A DNA stretch of 64,000 nucleotides from the NCBI GenBank assembly GCA_964291315.2, contig OZ219750.1, positions 1 to 64,000 on the forward strand. The letters run 5' to 3'. The stretch is from Candidatus Poribacteria bacterium (GTDB taxonomy: Bacteria > Poribacteria > WGA-4E > WGA-3G). Shown here piece after piece: positions 1 to 9,722 of the stretch (its first letter is position 1; every line of letters starts with the position of its first letter). Under the pieces are notes generated by a model. That model was given only the letters and a program-made list of their open reading frames with translations. It was not told the DNA's origin and did no database searches. The translations under genes were made by a program, and so were the position numbers.

Positions 1-33
1 TCGACACAATGTTTTGGCAATATGGAAAAGTAG

Positions 34-537
34 GATATCGTTGAAAAAGTCCGTGAGGTACACAAAGATCTTGGAGGGAAAGAGACAGAAGCTCAGGCTG
101 CCGGATCTGCTATCACAGCAGCACTTAAAAGACTAGTAGAACGAGGCAAGGCAAGTAAGCCATTTAAGGGTATTTACCATTTTCCGGTTGAGGAAGAAAA
201 TGGTAAGGGTTCAGTTTATCTTTATTATTATCCTGCGTACAAGAAGCTTGCTGAAGAGAAAGATGAAGAATTTTGGGAATGCAAGATAGGAAAGACGGTA
301 GAGGATACTCACGGAAGAGTAAAATCCCAGGTTACTGGGAATCCGGAAAAAGCAGTTATTGCCTTGGAAATCAAAACTGATCGTCCGGAAGAGTTGGAGG
401 CTGCTTTACATGCAATACTCAAATTACGCTGGAGAACAAAGGTTGGGGGCTCGGAGTGGTTTAAGACAAATCCCGATGAAGTAAAACGGATATGCTTCCT
501 TTTACTTTCTTTAGAATCTACATTTGGGACAGGATGA
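34..537 (+). pseudogene. GIY-YIG/T5orf172-like nuclease domain reading frame without a usable start (in-frame TAG at 31-33 after ATG 22)
   Basis: Manual frame-1 translation: ...GSVYLYYYPAY...WECKIGKT...RVKSQVTGNPE...LEAALHAILK...GSEWFKTNPDEV, stop TGA 535-537; not in the ORF track. Confidence 0.6.
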
Positions 538-618
538 GGCTTATGTGTGAAAAGAAACTGATGCAGTGCTATTTGTTCGGCCATCAGACTATAAGCGGGG
601 TGATAAAAGATCGAAATT

Positions 619-1446
619 ATGCTTCAAGGCAACACTATCTATTGCGGTGACACGTTTAATCTTCTGAAAGAGGTAGAAGATTCCTCTGTGGATCTAATTG
701 TGTGTGATGGACCGTATGGCATAACGAGTGAACCGTGGGATAAGATTTCTTCGATTCAAGAATTTAATCTTGCACTGATTGAAGGTTTTACGCCAAAACT
801 CAAAGAGGGTGCAGCGCTTTACCTATTCGGTAAATCGGATTGCATTGATTTTATAGACTATCGTCACTTTTTAAACCTCCGTTCAAAAATTGTGTGGTAT
901 CAGCCGAGTCGGCTCTCACAAGGTCGCATCAATTACACGAATAATTACGACATTATCTGCTATTTCATCAAGGGCAAAAAACCGCAGTGCTACAACCTTG
1001 ACGCTATCAGAGTCGCACAGCTTGTTGAATTAAAACATCGGTCTCGGTGTGAAAATGTACCGTCGGTAACGAACGGCAGATTCGGAAAAACGAAGTTTAA
1101 TATAAAAGGTAAAAACCCTGGCGATGTTTGGGGAGACATAAAGCAGTTGACCTATAACTCGAAGGAGTTAGCTTGTAGAGATGCCCTTAACACGATTCAG
1201 AAACCCGAAAAGCTAATTGAGCGGATTGTCTTAGCAAGTTCATCACCTGGAGATCTGGTTTTGGATCCTTTTGCGGGTGTAGGTACCTGCCCAGTGGTGT
1301 GTAAGAAGCATCGGCGAAATTTTCTCGCTTTTGAGATGAATCAGAATTTTGTTAAAATAGGTGAGGAAAGGCTACTTAAGTTAGAAGATAGTCAGCGAAC
1401 TCTGGAATTCGATTATGGTTCAGCAAGTATACAACGGAATAATTGA
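619..1446 (+). CDS. Site-specific DNA methyltransferase (N4-C/N6-A, beta class)
   Basis: N-terminal catalytic motif variant DLIVCDGPY; QKPEKL and VLDPFAGVGT (SAM motif I) near the C-terminus. Confidence 0.9.
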   Translation: MLQGNTIYCGDTFNLLKEVEDSSVDLIVCDGPYGITSEPWDKISSIQEFNLALIEGFTPKLKEGAALYLFGKSDCIDFIDYRHFLNLRSKIVWYQPSRLSQGRINYTNNYDIICYFIKGKKPQCYNLDAIRVAQLVELKHRSRCENVPSVTNGRFGKTKFNIKGKNPGDVWGDIKQLTYNSKELACRDALNTIQKPEKLIERIVLASSSPGDLVLDPFAGVGTCPVVCKKHRRNFLAFEMNQNFVKIGEERLLKLEDSQRTLEFDYGSASIQRNN

Positions 1447-1619
1447 ACGTGTCGTCAACACTCCAAAATTAGCTCAAACGGTTGGAATCAAATATCTTTT
1501 ACACTTTTACAGTCATGGCTTGAAAAAAAACAACTGTTGATGAGATCTTAGGTGACGGTGCTCATGAGCCTGATGATCCAACAATACTGCTACCTTACGC
1601 AGACCTATAAGGAGCAACC

Positions 1620-2441
1620 ATGGAACGGAAGATCGTATTTTATTTGACATTTCTTTTTATTTTTGGTATAAGTATCGGTACTGCTGCAGTGGAAGTCGGA
1701 TTTGTGTATCTTGGCGATAAGGGGCCCTTCACGGCACCTGCGTTAGCATTTGCTGAAAAGGCGTTCAAAACACAATCGCTTGCCAAGGCAGACTTGAAGA
1801 GTAACACGTTCAAGCAGTTCGGGGTCGTTTGGTGGCATGAAGGCGATACCGATCCGGGCGAGCTGTCTCAGGCAGAGATTGACGCATTTATGGACTACGC
1901 CGAAAATGGAGGAGCAGTCCTCTTAACGGGATGGGCAATCCGGTATGCAACTAACTTCGGACTTGAGAAAGCAGCCGCACGTCAGTTCGGCCCCGTTGCA
2001 GAAGACGGGATTAATGTCGGTATTACTGTGCTAAAAGAGACGGTAGAATTAGGATTAACAGAAGGTCTCGAAAATATTGATGGAAAAACACCCCAAGTCG
2101 ATGATAGAATCCAAGTTAATTCCACAGGTTTTCCAAAGAGCGGTGACTATTATGATAAGATTTGGGCAGAATTTATTACGCTTGCCAATGCTTGGGGACC
2201 ACCTGCTGACGATTGGGGCGATCGGATTGCAGCGTTTGGTTATTGGGAGACTGGAGCCGGTAAAGTGTTCAACATGAACTGGCGACTCCCCAACTACCAC
2301 AAGAATAATAAGGATATTGAACAGTTGGAGAAGCTAACCGAAAACGTCATTAATTGGCTAGCAAGCGAATCCGAATTTGCGGAGGTTTCCGCTATCAGTA
2401 AGTTGCCAATAGTATGGGGGCATCTGAAGGATCAGAACTAG
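1620..2441 (+). CDS. Secreted protein with a class I GATase/ThuA-like fold and a C-terminal KL-x3-W-x3-K tail
   Basis: Signal peptide; VVWWHEG and YAENGGAVLLTG motifs; C-terminus AEVSAISKLPIVWGHLKDQN; SD AAGGAG. Confidence 0.65.
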   Translation: MERKIVFYLTFLFIFGISIGTAAVEVGFVYLGDKGPFTAPALAFAEKAFKTQSLAKADLKSNTFKQFGVVWWHEGDTDPGELSQAEIDAFMDYAENGGAVLLTGWAIRYATNFGLEKAAARQFGPVAEDGINVGITVLKETVELGLTEGLENIDGKTPQVDDRIQVNSTGFPKSGDYYDKIWAEFITLANAWGPPADDWGDRIAAFGYWETGAGKVFNMNWRLPNYHKNNKDIEQLEKLTENVINWLASESEFAEVSAISKLPIVWGHLKDQN

Positions 2442-2739
2442 CGGGCCGTATTTTCCCGATTGGTGGTAAAACTAAAAACGTCCCCGTTCCACGTGTCACT
2501 TGAGCTTTGTATCTTACTCGGACGTTTTATAACATCACAATTATTAATATGTAGGAACATAAGTAACGTTGCATAACAGCAAATTTTAGTTTGGTTGCTT
2601 AAATAAGGTTATCTAACTTCGCTGACAAATTGGACAGATATCAGTTTTCCGACAACGAGGAAACACTAAGCGAACCCCAATTTTAAGGAGGACGGCGTCT
2701 TCTTCGTCTGCTACAGCCGGAGGTTTACACGCCGAATTT

Positions 2740-5244
2740 TTGATGAAACTCAGATTTAACTTTGTAACGAAGTTCTTTGTTGCATGTTTTGTCTGTTTCA
2801 CATGCCAATTCACCGGATGGGATCCAATAGAAAATACGACAGAAGCAGGGACTTCGGCGGAGCAAGATTGGCTTGCAGATGTCGCTTTGACGGAGTTGAG
2901 GGTTTATCCGGAGGCATTGACATTGAAGCATGCCCGCGATGGCAGACGTGTGCTGGTGTCAGGTAAGACGAAAGAGGGCAAATGGGTAGATGTAACAGCG
3001 TGGGCTGTGCTGGCCCCGGTGACCGGGGGTGTGAAGGTGCATAAAGATGGTTACATCTTCCCCAGGACAGTTGGTACAACAAAAATTAAAGTGCAAGCCA
3101 AGGGCGTGAGCACAGAACTGCTGGTCAATGTGAAGAGCATGAAGGCACCTCCGGTTAGTTTTGTCGGAGATGTGATGCCAATCCTGAGTCACGCTGGATG
3201 TAATAACGGCACATGCCACGGCGCGGCAAAGGGCAAAAATGGGTTCAAACTCTCGCTTCGCGGCTACGATCCGGATTTTGATTATGAGCTTTTAATTGAG
3301 GATATTTCCGGGCGCCGCTTCAACCGAGCGTTTCCTGAACAGAGTCTGATGCTGCTAAAACCGACCTCCGAGGTCCCTCACAAAGGCGGCCAGGTAATTA
3401 CCCCGGGCGGCCGGGATTATAATATCATCTCGCGCTGGATAGCAGAAGGAGCTATTTCGGATGTCACAACGACGCATCGGGTTGAAAGATTACAAGTTAT
3501 TCCTGATTCTGCTGAACTCGCTATGCCGGGTATGAAGCAACAATTTATCGTAATCGCTCACTATCCAGATGGAAGGACGCGTGATGTTACGCGCGAGGCG
3601 AAATTCACAAGTAGTGTCAATGAAGTCGCGAACATCACAGACGAAGGGGTCGTAACCGCGGAACGTCGGGGTGAGACTGCCATCCTCACTCGCTATGAGG
3701 GTGTCTACAGCACAAATAATATCATTGTGATGGGCGCCAGGAGCGGCTACAAATGGGTTGAAACTGCACAATACAACTATATTGATACGCATGTTCATAA
3801 TAAACTGAAGCGGATGAAAATTCTGCCTTCTGAGCTCTGTACGGATGAGGAGTTTGTGCGGCGTATCTATTTTGACTTAACAGGTATTCCGCCAACCCCT
3901 AATCAGGTTCGGAGTTTTCTTACCGACAAAACCTCGTCCAAACAGAAACGGGAAAGACTTATTGATGTCCTCGTTGAGACCCCTGAATTTGTTGATCACT
4001 GGACTCATAAATGGGGAGATCTCTTGCAGTCTAACCGTAAATTCCTGGGTGAACGTGGGGTATGGCTCTTCCAGCAATGGATCCATCAAGCTGTCGCGCA
4101 GAATCGCCCCTACAACAGGTTTGTGCATGAGCTGATTACGGCGGCCGGTAGCGCTTACACGAATCCGGCAGCGAACTATTTCCGGGTATCTCGTGAATAC
4201 ACCGCTGCGGTGGAAAATACGACACAGCTTTTTTTAGGTGTCCGATTCTCGTGCAATAAATGTCACGACCATCCGTTCGAAAAATGGACTCAGAACCAGT
4301 ACTATGAACTTGGGGCGTTCTTCGCGGATGTCAGAGTCAAGCCGGGGCAACTTCCGGGCGATGAGGTCGTCTACACCAATTATACAGCGGAACCTGTAAA
4401 ACACCCGCGAACCTTAGCGGTTGTTGAGCCGTCAGTGCCGTTCGGAGAAGTTGCGGTCGAAACAGATGATAAACGTAAGATCCTAGCAGAGTGGCTCACC
4501 TCTGCTGACAATCCCATGTTTGCTCGTGCAGCTGTAAATCGTATCTGGAGCTACTACATGGGGCGCGGGATTATTGAGCCTGTAGACGATATTCGCAGGA
4601 GTAATCCACCGTCTAATCCTGAATTGCTTGCTGCATTGACGAAGGATTTCGTGGACAGCGGGTTTGACATAAAGCATATGATGAAGACAATCACCCGTTC
4701 TCGGACCTATCAACAGAGCATCAAAACGAACAAGTGGAACGAGGCTGACACAATCAATTTTTCACACGCGGTTGCAAGACGGTTGACAGCTGAGCAGCTG
4801 CTGGATGCCATCGGAGTGGCAACCGGAAGCCGACCGCGGTTTCAAGGAGTACCGAAAAACTTCCGGGCTGCGCAGCTACCAGACAGCATGGTCAAAGATG
4901 ATGGATTTTTGAAGTTGTTTGGTAGACCTGAACGTGAAACTTCATGTGAATGTGAACGCAGCATCGAGGTTAGCCTTGCACATGCGATGAATCTCATTAA
5001 TGGGCCGACGGTTGCCGAGGCACTCATCGATCCAGAGGGACGTATCGCACAACTTATAAAAACGAATCAAGAGAACCGGACTCTTGTTGAGGAACTCTAT
5101 CTTGCAGCATTTTCTCGGTTACCGAGGAAAAACGAATATGCAGTAGCGTTTGAATATCTCGCGAACGCTGAGTCTAAGCAAGAGGGTGCACAGGATCTGC
5201 TGTGGGCGTTAATTAATAGCCCTGCTTTCTTATTCAATCGCTAA
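2740..5244 (+). CDS. DUF1549/DUF1553 (PSD1) protein with Ig-like domains
   Basis: VSFVGDVMPILSHAGCNNGTCHG, FVRRIYFDLTGIPPT, FSCNKCHDHPF, NRIWSYYMGRGI, FGRPERETSCECER, C-terminal WALINSPAFLFNR. Confidence 0.9.
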   Translation: MMKLRFNFVTKFFVACFVCFTCQFTGWDPIENTTEAGTSAEQDWLADVALTELRVYPEALTLKHARDGRRVLVSGKTKEGKWVDVTAWAVLAPVTGGVKVHKDGYIFPRTVGTTKIKVQAKGVSTELLVNVKSMKAPPVSFVGDVMPILSHAGCNNGTCHGAAKGKNGFKLSLRGYDPDFDYELLIEDISGRRFNRAFPEQSLMLLKPTSEVPHKGGQVITPGGRDYNIISRWIAEGAISDVTTTHRVERLQVIPDSAELAMPGMKQQFIVIAHYPDGRTRDVTREAKFTSSVNEVANITDEGVVTAERRGETAILTRYEGVYSTNNIIVMGARSGYKWVETAQYNYIDTHVHNKLKRMKILPSELCTDEEFVRRIYFDLTGIPPTPNQVRSFLTDKTSSKQKRERLIDVLVETPEFVDHWTHKWGDLLQSNRKFLGERGVWLFQQWIHQAVAQNRPYNRFVHELITAAGSAYTNPAANYFRVSREYTAAVENTTQLFLGVRFSCNKCHDHPFEKWTQNQYYELGAFFADVRVKPGQLPGDEVVYTNYTAEPVKHPRTLAVVEPSVPFGEVAVETDDKRKILAEWLTSADNPMFARAAVNRIWSYYMGRGIIEPVDDIRRSNPPSNPELLAALTKDFVDSGFDIKHMMKTITRSRTYQQSIKTNKWNEADTINFSHAVARRLTAEQLLDAIGVATGSRPRFQGVPKNFRAAQLPDSMVKDDGFLKLFGRPERETSCECERSIEVSLAHAMNLINGPTVAEALIDPEGRIAQLIKTNQENRTLVEELYLAAFSRLPRKNEYAVAFEYLANAESKQEGAQDLLWALINSPAFLFNR

Positions 5245-5300
5245 GTAGCTATCAGCGGTTAGCTGTCGGTTATCAGAAGATTAGCTGACTACTGACTGTA
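5245..5300. repeat. Short heptamer-based palindromic element (related copies near 19725-19850, 25995-26080, 26896-26995, 35040-35120)
   Basis: Left arm ATCAGCG/GTTAGCT/GTCGGTT/ATCAG, right arm CTGACTA/CTGACTG. Confidence 0.6.
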
Positions 5301-5323
5301 ATTCTTAGGGGAGGAAACAATAA

Positions 5324-6769
5324 ATGTTATCGTTACCACAACTACCCGGCCGTTTATGTGACGGGTTTTCACGCCGTGAATTTCTACGTGTTGGCGGTGC
5401 GGCGATGCTCGGCATTAGTCTGCCACAGGTATTGTCACTCCAAGCTAATGCGAATACAACAGTTGAGCCTGCTAAGGCACTCAGCGGTTGGGGAAAAGCC
5501 AACTCGGTGATACTTCTCTTTTTGCAAGGCGGTCCTAGCCATCTTGACATTTGGGATCCGAAACCGGAAGCCCCGTCGAACATTCGTGGTGAATTCAATC
5601 CGATTTCGACCAACGTACCGGGGATCCAGTTATCTGAGACAATGCCCCGTTTGGCACAACAAATGGATAAGGCTTGTCTTATCCGTTCTGTGAGCTACAC
5701 GCCGGCGGGACTTTTCAACCACACTGCTGCCATGTATCAGATGGTGACTGGTGAAACTCCAGATAAAGTCGCGCCCTCAGGACAGCTGGATCCGCCGTCA
5801 CCAGCCGATCATCCGAATGCGGCATCGCATATCGCAAATTATCGTCCACCGGATGAACCGATGCTCGCAGCTGTCCAGCTCCCACGCCCAATGCAGGAGA
5901 GTAATATCATCGGCAAAGGCGGAAATGCAGGATTCCTTGGCAGAGCCTATGATCCGTATTTCCTCTTCCAAGACCCGAATCAAGAAATTAATCTCGACGA
6001 TTTGAGTCTACGCCCCGAAGTGCCACCGGTGCGCCTGAAACGGCGGAAGACACTCCTTGAAACAATTAACGCAGGGATGCCCGAAATTGACAAGGTGGCT
6101 GATTCCTATGCGTTGAATGAGTATTATGAAAAGGCCTACGACCTCATCTTGTCGCAACGGGCGCGCAATGCCTTCGACCTGTCTCAAGAAACAGATGAGG
6201 TACGCGATCGTTACGGCAGACACACGTTCGGACAGAGCGCGCTCCTTGCGCGCCGGTTGGTAGAAGCTGGCACCCGTTTTGTACAGGTGAACTGGCCCTC
6301 TGTTGCCAACGGTGATCCGAATACGACTGCCTGGGATACCCACGCCACCAACTTCGGTCCATTGAAAAACCTTCACTGCCCGAAATTAGACAGTGCAGTT
6401 TCTTCGCTGCTTGAGGACTTACAGCAGCGCAGGATATTAGACGAGACACTCGTCTTAGCGATCGGTGAATTTGGACGGTCGCCACGAATGGGGATTAGCA
6501 CCTCGGGGAACAGCAATGCGCCTGATGGACGAGATCACTGGCCCTACTGCTATACAGGCTTGATTGCAGGAGCAGGTGTACAAGGGGGACAGGTTTATGG
6601 GAAATCCGATGCAACTGGTTCAACGCCCTTGGAAAATCCGGTACATCCACGTGATATCTTAGCTACTGTCTACCATACACTCGGTATTGACCCGCATACC
6701 ATCGTCTACAACCATTTGGATCAGCCGCGCGAATTGGTAAAAGGGGAGCCGATTGTGGGGATCTTTTAA
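5324..6769 (+). CDS. DUF1501 domain protein
   Basis: SRREFL Tat-like leader, LQGGPSHLDIWDPKP, ARRLVEAGTRFV, WDTH, GEFGRSP, GRDHW. Confidence 0.92.
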   Translation: MLSLPQLPGRLCDGFSRREFLRVGGAAMLGISLPQVLSLQANANTTVEPAKALSGWGKANSVILLFLQGGPSHLDIWDPKPEAPSNIRGEFNPISTNVPGIQLSETMPRLAQQMDKACLIRSVSYTPAGLFNHTAAMYQMVTGETPDKVAPSGQLDPPSPADHPNAASHIANYRPPDEPMLAAVQLPRPMQESNIIGKGGNAGFLGRAYDPYFLFQDPNQEINLDDLSLRPEVPPVRLKRRKTLLETINAGMPEIDKVADSYALNEYYEKAYDLILSQRARNAFDLSQETDEVRDRYGRHTFGQSALLARRLVEAGTRFVQVNWPSVANGDPNTTAWDTHATNFGPLKNLHCPKLDSAVSSLLEDLQQRRILDETLVLAIGEFGRSPRMGISTSGNSNAPDGRDHWPYCYTGLIAGAGVQGGQVYGKSDATGSTPLENPVHPRDILATVYHTLGIDPHTIVYNHLDQPRELVKGEPIVGIF

Positions 6770-6777
6770 ATAGGTGA

Positions 6778-9306
6778 TTGAGAATGCCTTTCATGTTATT
6801 TCAGCAGACAGGATGGGTTAATTCGGTGATTTCTCATCATTTAGCAAAACTCTATCTTTTCGTCTTATCTATCTTTTCTCTAACGATCGGCTTCGCATTT
6901 GCACAGGGACAGCCTACTTTGATGACTCTCTTTCCGCAAGGGGGACAACAAGGGCGAAACGTAGAGATCACAATGACTGGTACGAATCTCGGTGCAGCAA
7001 CGGCAATGTGGTTCAGCGGAAGTGGTATTACTGCGGACATTAAAGAAAAAACGGGACAAGCTGCTGTTTTTTTCAATGGTGCTGGCGTTTCTGGGCATGT
7101 TCCTACTAACACGCGGCTAGTCGTCTCGTTGATGGTTTCCTCCGATGCTCCGTTGGGCATCCAACAGATACGTGTTGTTACCCCTCATGGCGTTTCCAAC
7201 GCTGCTAGCTTCGTCGTTGGAAACCTACGTGAAATTGAAGAGGAAATCCCGTCTACAATCGAAACCGACTGGATCGCGCTTCCGGTCACCGTAAATGGCA
7301 CAATTGCATCAATTGACGATGAAGATAGTTTCACCTTTGACTTAAAAAAAGAGGCACGACTGATCTGCGAAGTGACGGCACAGCGAATAGGTTCGTTGTT
7401 GGATTCATACCTCGTCCTCCAAAATGCTAGCGGTACTGAGGTTGCTAACAGCGGGCTTGGTAACGGTTTAGATTCCGTTCTGGATTACACGGCGCTTGAA
7501 ACAGGAAAGTACACACTTCGGATTCGCGACATTCGCTATAAAGGCGGCCCTAGATACGGTTATCGATTAAGCATTGGCGAGTTGCCATATCTCGAAACAA
7601 TTTTTCCACTAGGTGGACGACGCGGCACTGAAAACACAATCGCTATCACTGGTGCGAACCTTGAAACGCTTGAATCTATACAAGTTTCGATAGGTTCTAA
7701 AACACCGACTGGTGAACAATTCCTGCGCGTCCGAACACCTTCTGGACTAGCAACCAATGGCCGCCCCTTCGCCATCGGCAGCAGGCCGGAGAGGATAGAG
7801 GCTGAACCGAACAACACAGCGGACAACACAAATGTTGTGACACCCCCAATAACGATCAACGGAAAGATCGACAAATTAGGAGATGTAGATCGGTTTTCGT
7901 TTGAGATTAAAGAGCCGCAGTCCCTCGTTTTCGAGGTAGAAGCGCTGAAGCTCTCATCGAAACTGGATGCGCTGCTGACGCTCTACCTTTCCGGAGAGCC
8001 AATGGAAAGCTCGGAAGAGGCGCCGGAGAATGACGGTGAAGAACATATATTGGCGGCGAACGACGATCCTATGAATGCCACTACACTTGCTGATGCACGT
8101 ATTGATTGGAATTTTGAAGAGCCTGGGAAGTATTCTATTGCTATTCGGGATCTGAACAACCAAGGAGGGGAAACCTACCCCTATCGACTACACCTCCGGC
8201 CTCTGGAGCCAGACTGCAAACTCACCGTAATTGGACTTAACAACCGGAACGTTCCATCCGCTGTGGATAATCCACGTGTCAGTAGAGGTAGTAGCGTGAT
8301 GTTGCAAGTTGCGGTTACGCGCCTTGATCAATTTACCGGTCCGATTCGTCTACTTTGTCCTGACCTTCCGAAAACATTTGATGTGAGTCCTACTATTGTT
8401 GGCGCGGAGCAAAACCGAGCATTACTCACCGTGACGGCTCCGTTGGACAGTGCGCTTGGCCTGATGCCGTTCTCTATCGTAGGGGTTTGCTCCGTCAATG
8501 GACACCAGATAGAGCGCAGTGCCACTCCCTCTCCAATTCTGTTAACTGTGATGGATGTACCAGAATTTAGTCTCAGGCTTGCAGAAGTCGGATTAAGTGT
8601 TATTCATAACAAAACTGTTGAGCTTCACGTAACAGCAGAGCGCCGCTATGACTTCGTCGGGCCCATCGAATTAAGAGTATCAGGACTCCCGAATCGCGTT
8701 TCCTCAAAATCTGTTACGATTGCTGATGGTACAACAGGGGCTACTCTCTCCATTAAAGCGGGGACTTTCGAACGGAGAGAGCAGTTTTCTGTTTTACCGA
8801 TCCCCGGCACAAGCTATATTTCAGTTGCCGGAACAGCGACTGTCACTGGCGAATCTGTCAGACAAGCAACCCCCGCTATTCCTTTGACTATCGTTGAGGC
8901 CCCCTTTATTGTAACGGTTGAACCTCTCCGTTTTAGCATCGTTTTCCCGGCGGGGACCACGGCAAAAGATGATGCTGCCATCGCGATCGCATCAAATCCG
9001 AGAACAGATGCCCTGGCAACAGCAAGCGACACTTCTCTTACAAAGGAAACCACGTTGACGCTAACAATAGTCCGACAAGGCGGCTTTACAGACGAAGTCA
9101 CGCTGGCACCTATCAAGGTGCCAGAGGGGCTCACTACGGAAGCGGCAACCATCCTGCCGGGCGAAACGGAGGTTAAAGTGCCGCTAAAAGCAATTGATTC
9201 TTTGGCACCGGGCACTTATCGGTTCAGGTTCCGGGGTTCTGCCACGATTAACGGCAACGTCTTTGAACAAGACAGTCCGATTCTTAATATCAAGATTATC
9301 CACTAA
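6778..9306 (+). CDS. PPC (pre-peptidase C-terminal) repeat / Ig-like secreted protein
   Basis: PQGGQQG, EAEPNN, NGKIDKLGDVDRFSF, DSYLVL and YRLSIG repeats typical of PPC proteins in DUF1501 clusters; start uncertain. Confidence 0.8.
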   Translation: MRMPFMLFQQTGWVNSVISHHLAKLYLFVLSIFSLTIGFAFAQGQPTLMTLFPQGGQQGRNVEITMTGTNLGAATAMWFSGSGITADIKEKTGQAAVFFNGAGVSGHVPTNTRLVVSLMVSSDAPLGIQQIRVVTPHGVSNAASFVVGNLREIEEEIPSTIETDWIALPVTVNGTIASIDDEDSFTFDLKKEARLICEVTAQRIGSLLDSYLVLQNASGTEVANSGLGNGLDSVLDYTALETGKYTLRIRDIRYKGGPRYGYRLSIGELPYLETIFPLGGRRGTENTIAITGANLETLESIQVSIGSKTPTGEQFLRVRTPSGLATNGRPFAIGSRPERIEAEPNNTADNTNVVTPPITINGKIDKLGDVDRFSFEIKEPQSLVFEVEALKLSSKLDALLTLYLSGEPMESSEEAPENDGEEHILAANDDPMNATTLADARIDWNFEEPGKYSIAIRDLNNQGGETYPYRLHLRPLEPDCKLTVIGLNNRNVPSAVDNPRVSRGSSVMLQVAVTRLDQFTGPIRLLCPDLPKTFDVSPTIVGAEQNRALLTVTAPLDSALGLMPFSIVGVCSVNGHQIERSATPSPILLTVMDVPEFSLRLAEVGLSVIHNKTVELHVTAERRYDFVGPIELRVSGLPNRVSSKSVTIADGTTGATLSIKAGTFERREQFSVLPIPGTSYISVAGTATVTGESVRQATPAIPLTIVEAPFIVTVEPLRFSIVFPAGTTAKDDAAIAIASNPRTDALATASDTSLTKETTLTLTIVRQGGFTDEVTLAPIKVPEGLTTEAATILPGETEVKVPLKAIDSLAPGTYRFRFRGSATINGNVFEQDSPILNIKIIH

Positions 9307-9574
9307 CCGTTTTGTGTGTTGGGCTTCTTCTACCACTCTTATAGAAACCGTTCACCGATAGCATCCGGTACATTGCGAATGGAAAAACACTCGAGTATCC
9401 TATTGATCCAACAAGTAAGTATCCCTGACATATCCACCTCCTTGTGCGTAAGAGTGCGTAAAGATGAGCCTCTTTGCGTGCCTATACCAGATTACCCCCC
9501 CCGCTTTATGTAAGTTAAGTTCTTTATACAATCAGGTAGGTTCGGAAACGTTACTCCGGCTTACCGCCTTCTCG

Positions 9575-9622
9575 CCCGTGCCCACTCCGTTTTGGACGGA
9601 GCCCCTCAGCACGGGCTTTTTT
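9575..9622 (+). terminator. Probable intrinsic terminator after the DUF1549-DUF1501-PPC unit
   Basis: GCCCGTG...CACGGGC stem with an inner CTCCGT/ACGGAG stem, followed by a T run. Confidence 0.6.
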
Positions 9623-9722
9623 TGTTGCAGTAGCATTTCACTACTGCAGGCTTCCCCGTTACACACAATACACACAATCCGCCAATTAAAGGCTGCCACC
9701 GCACAATCCATGGCAGGTTCAT

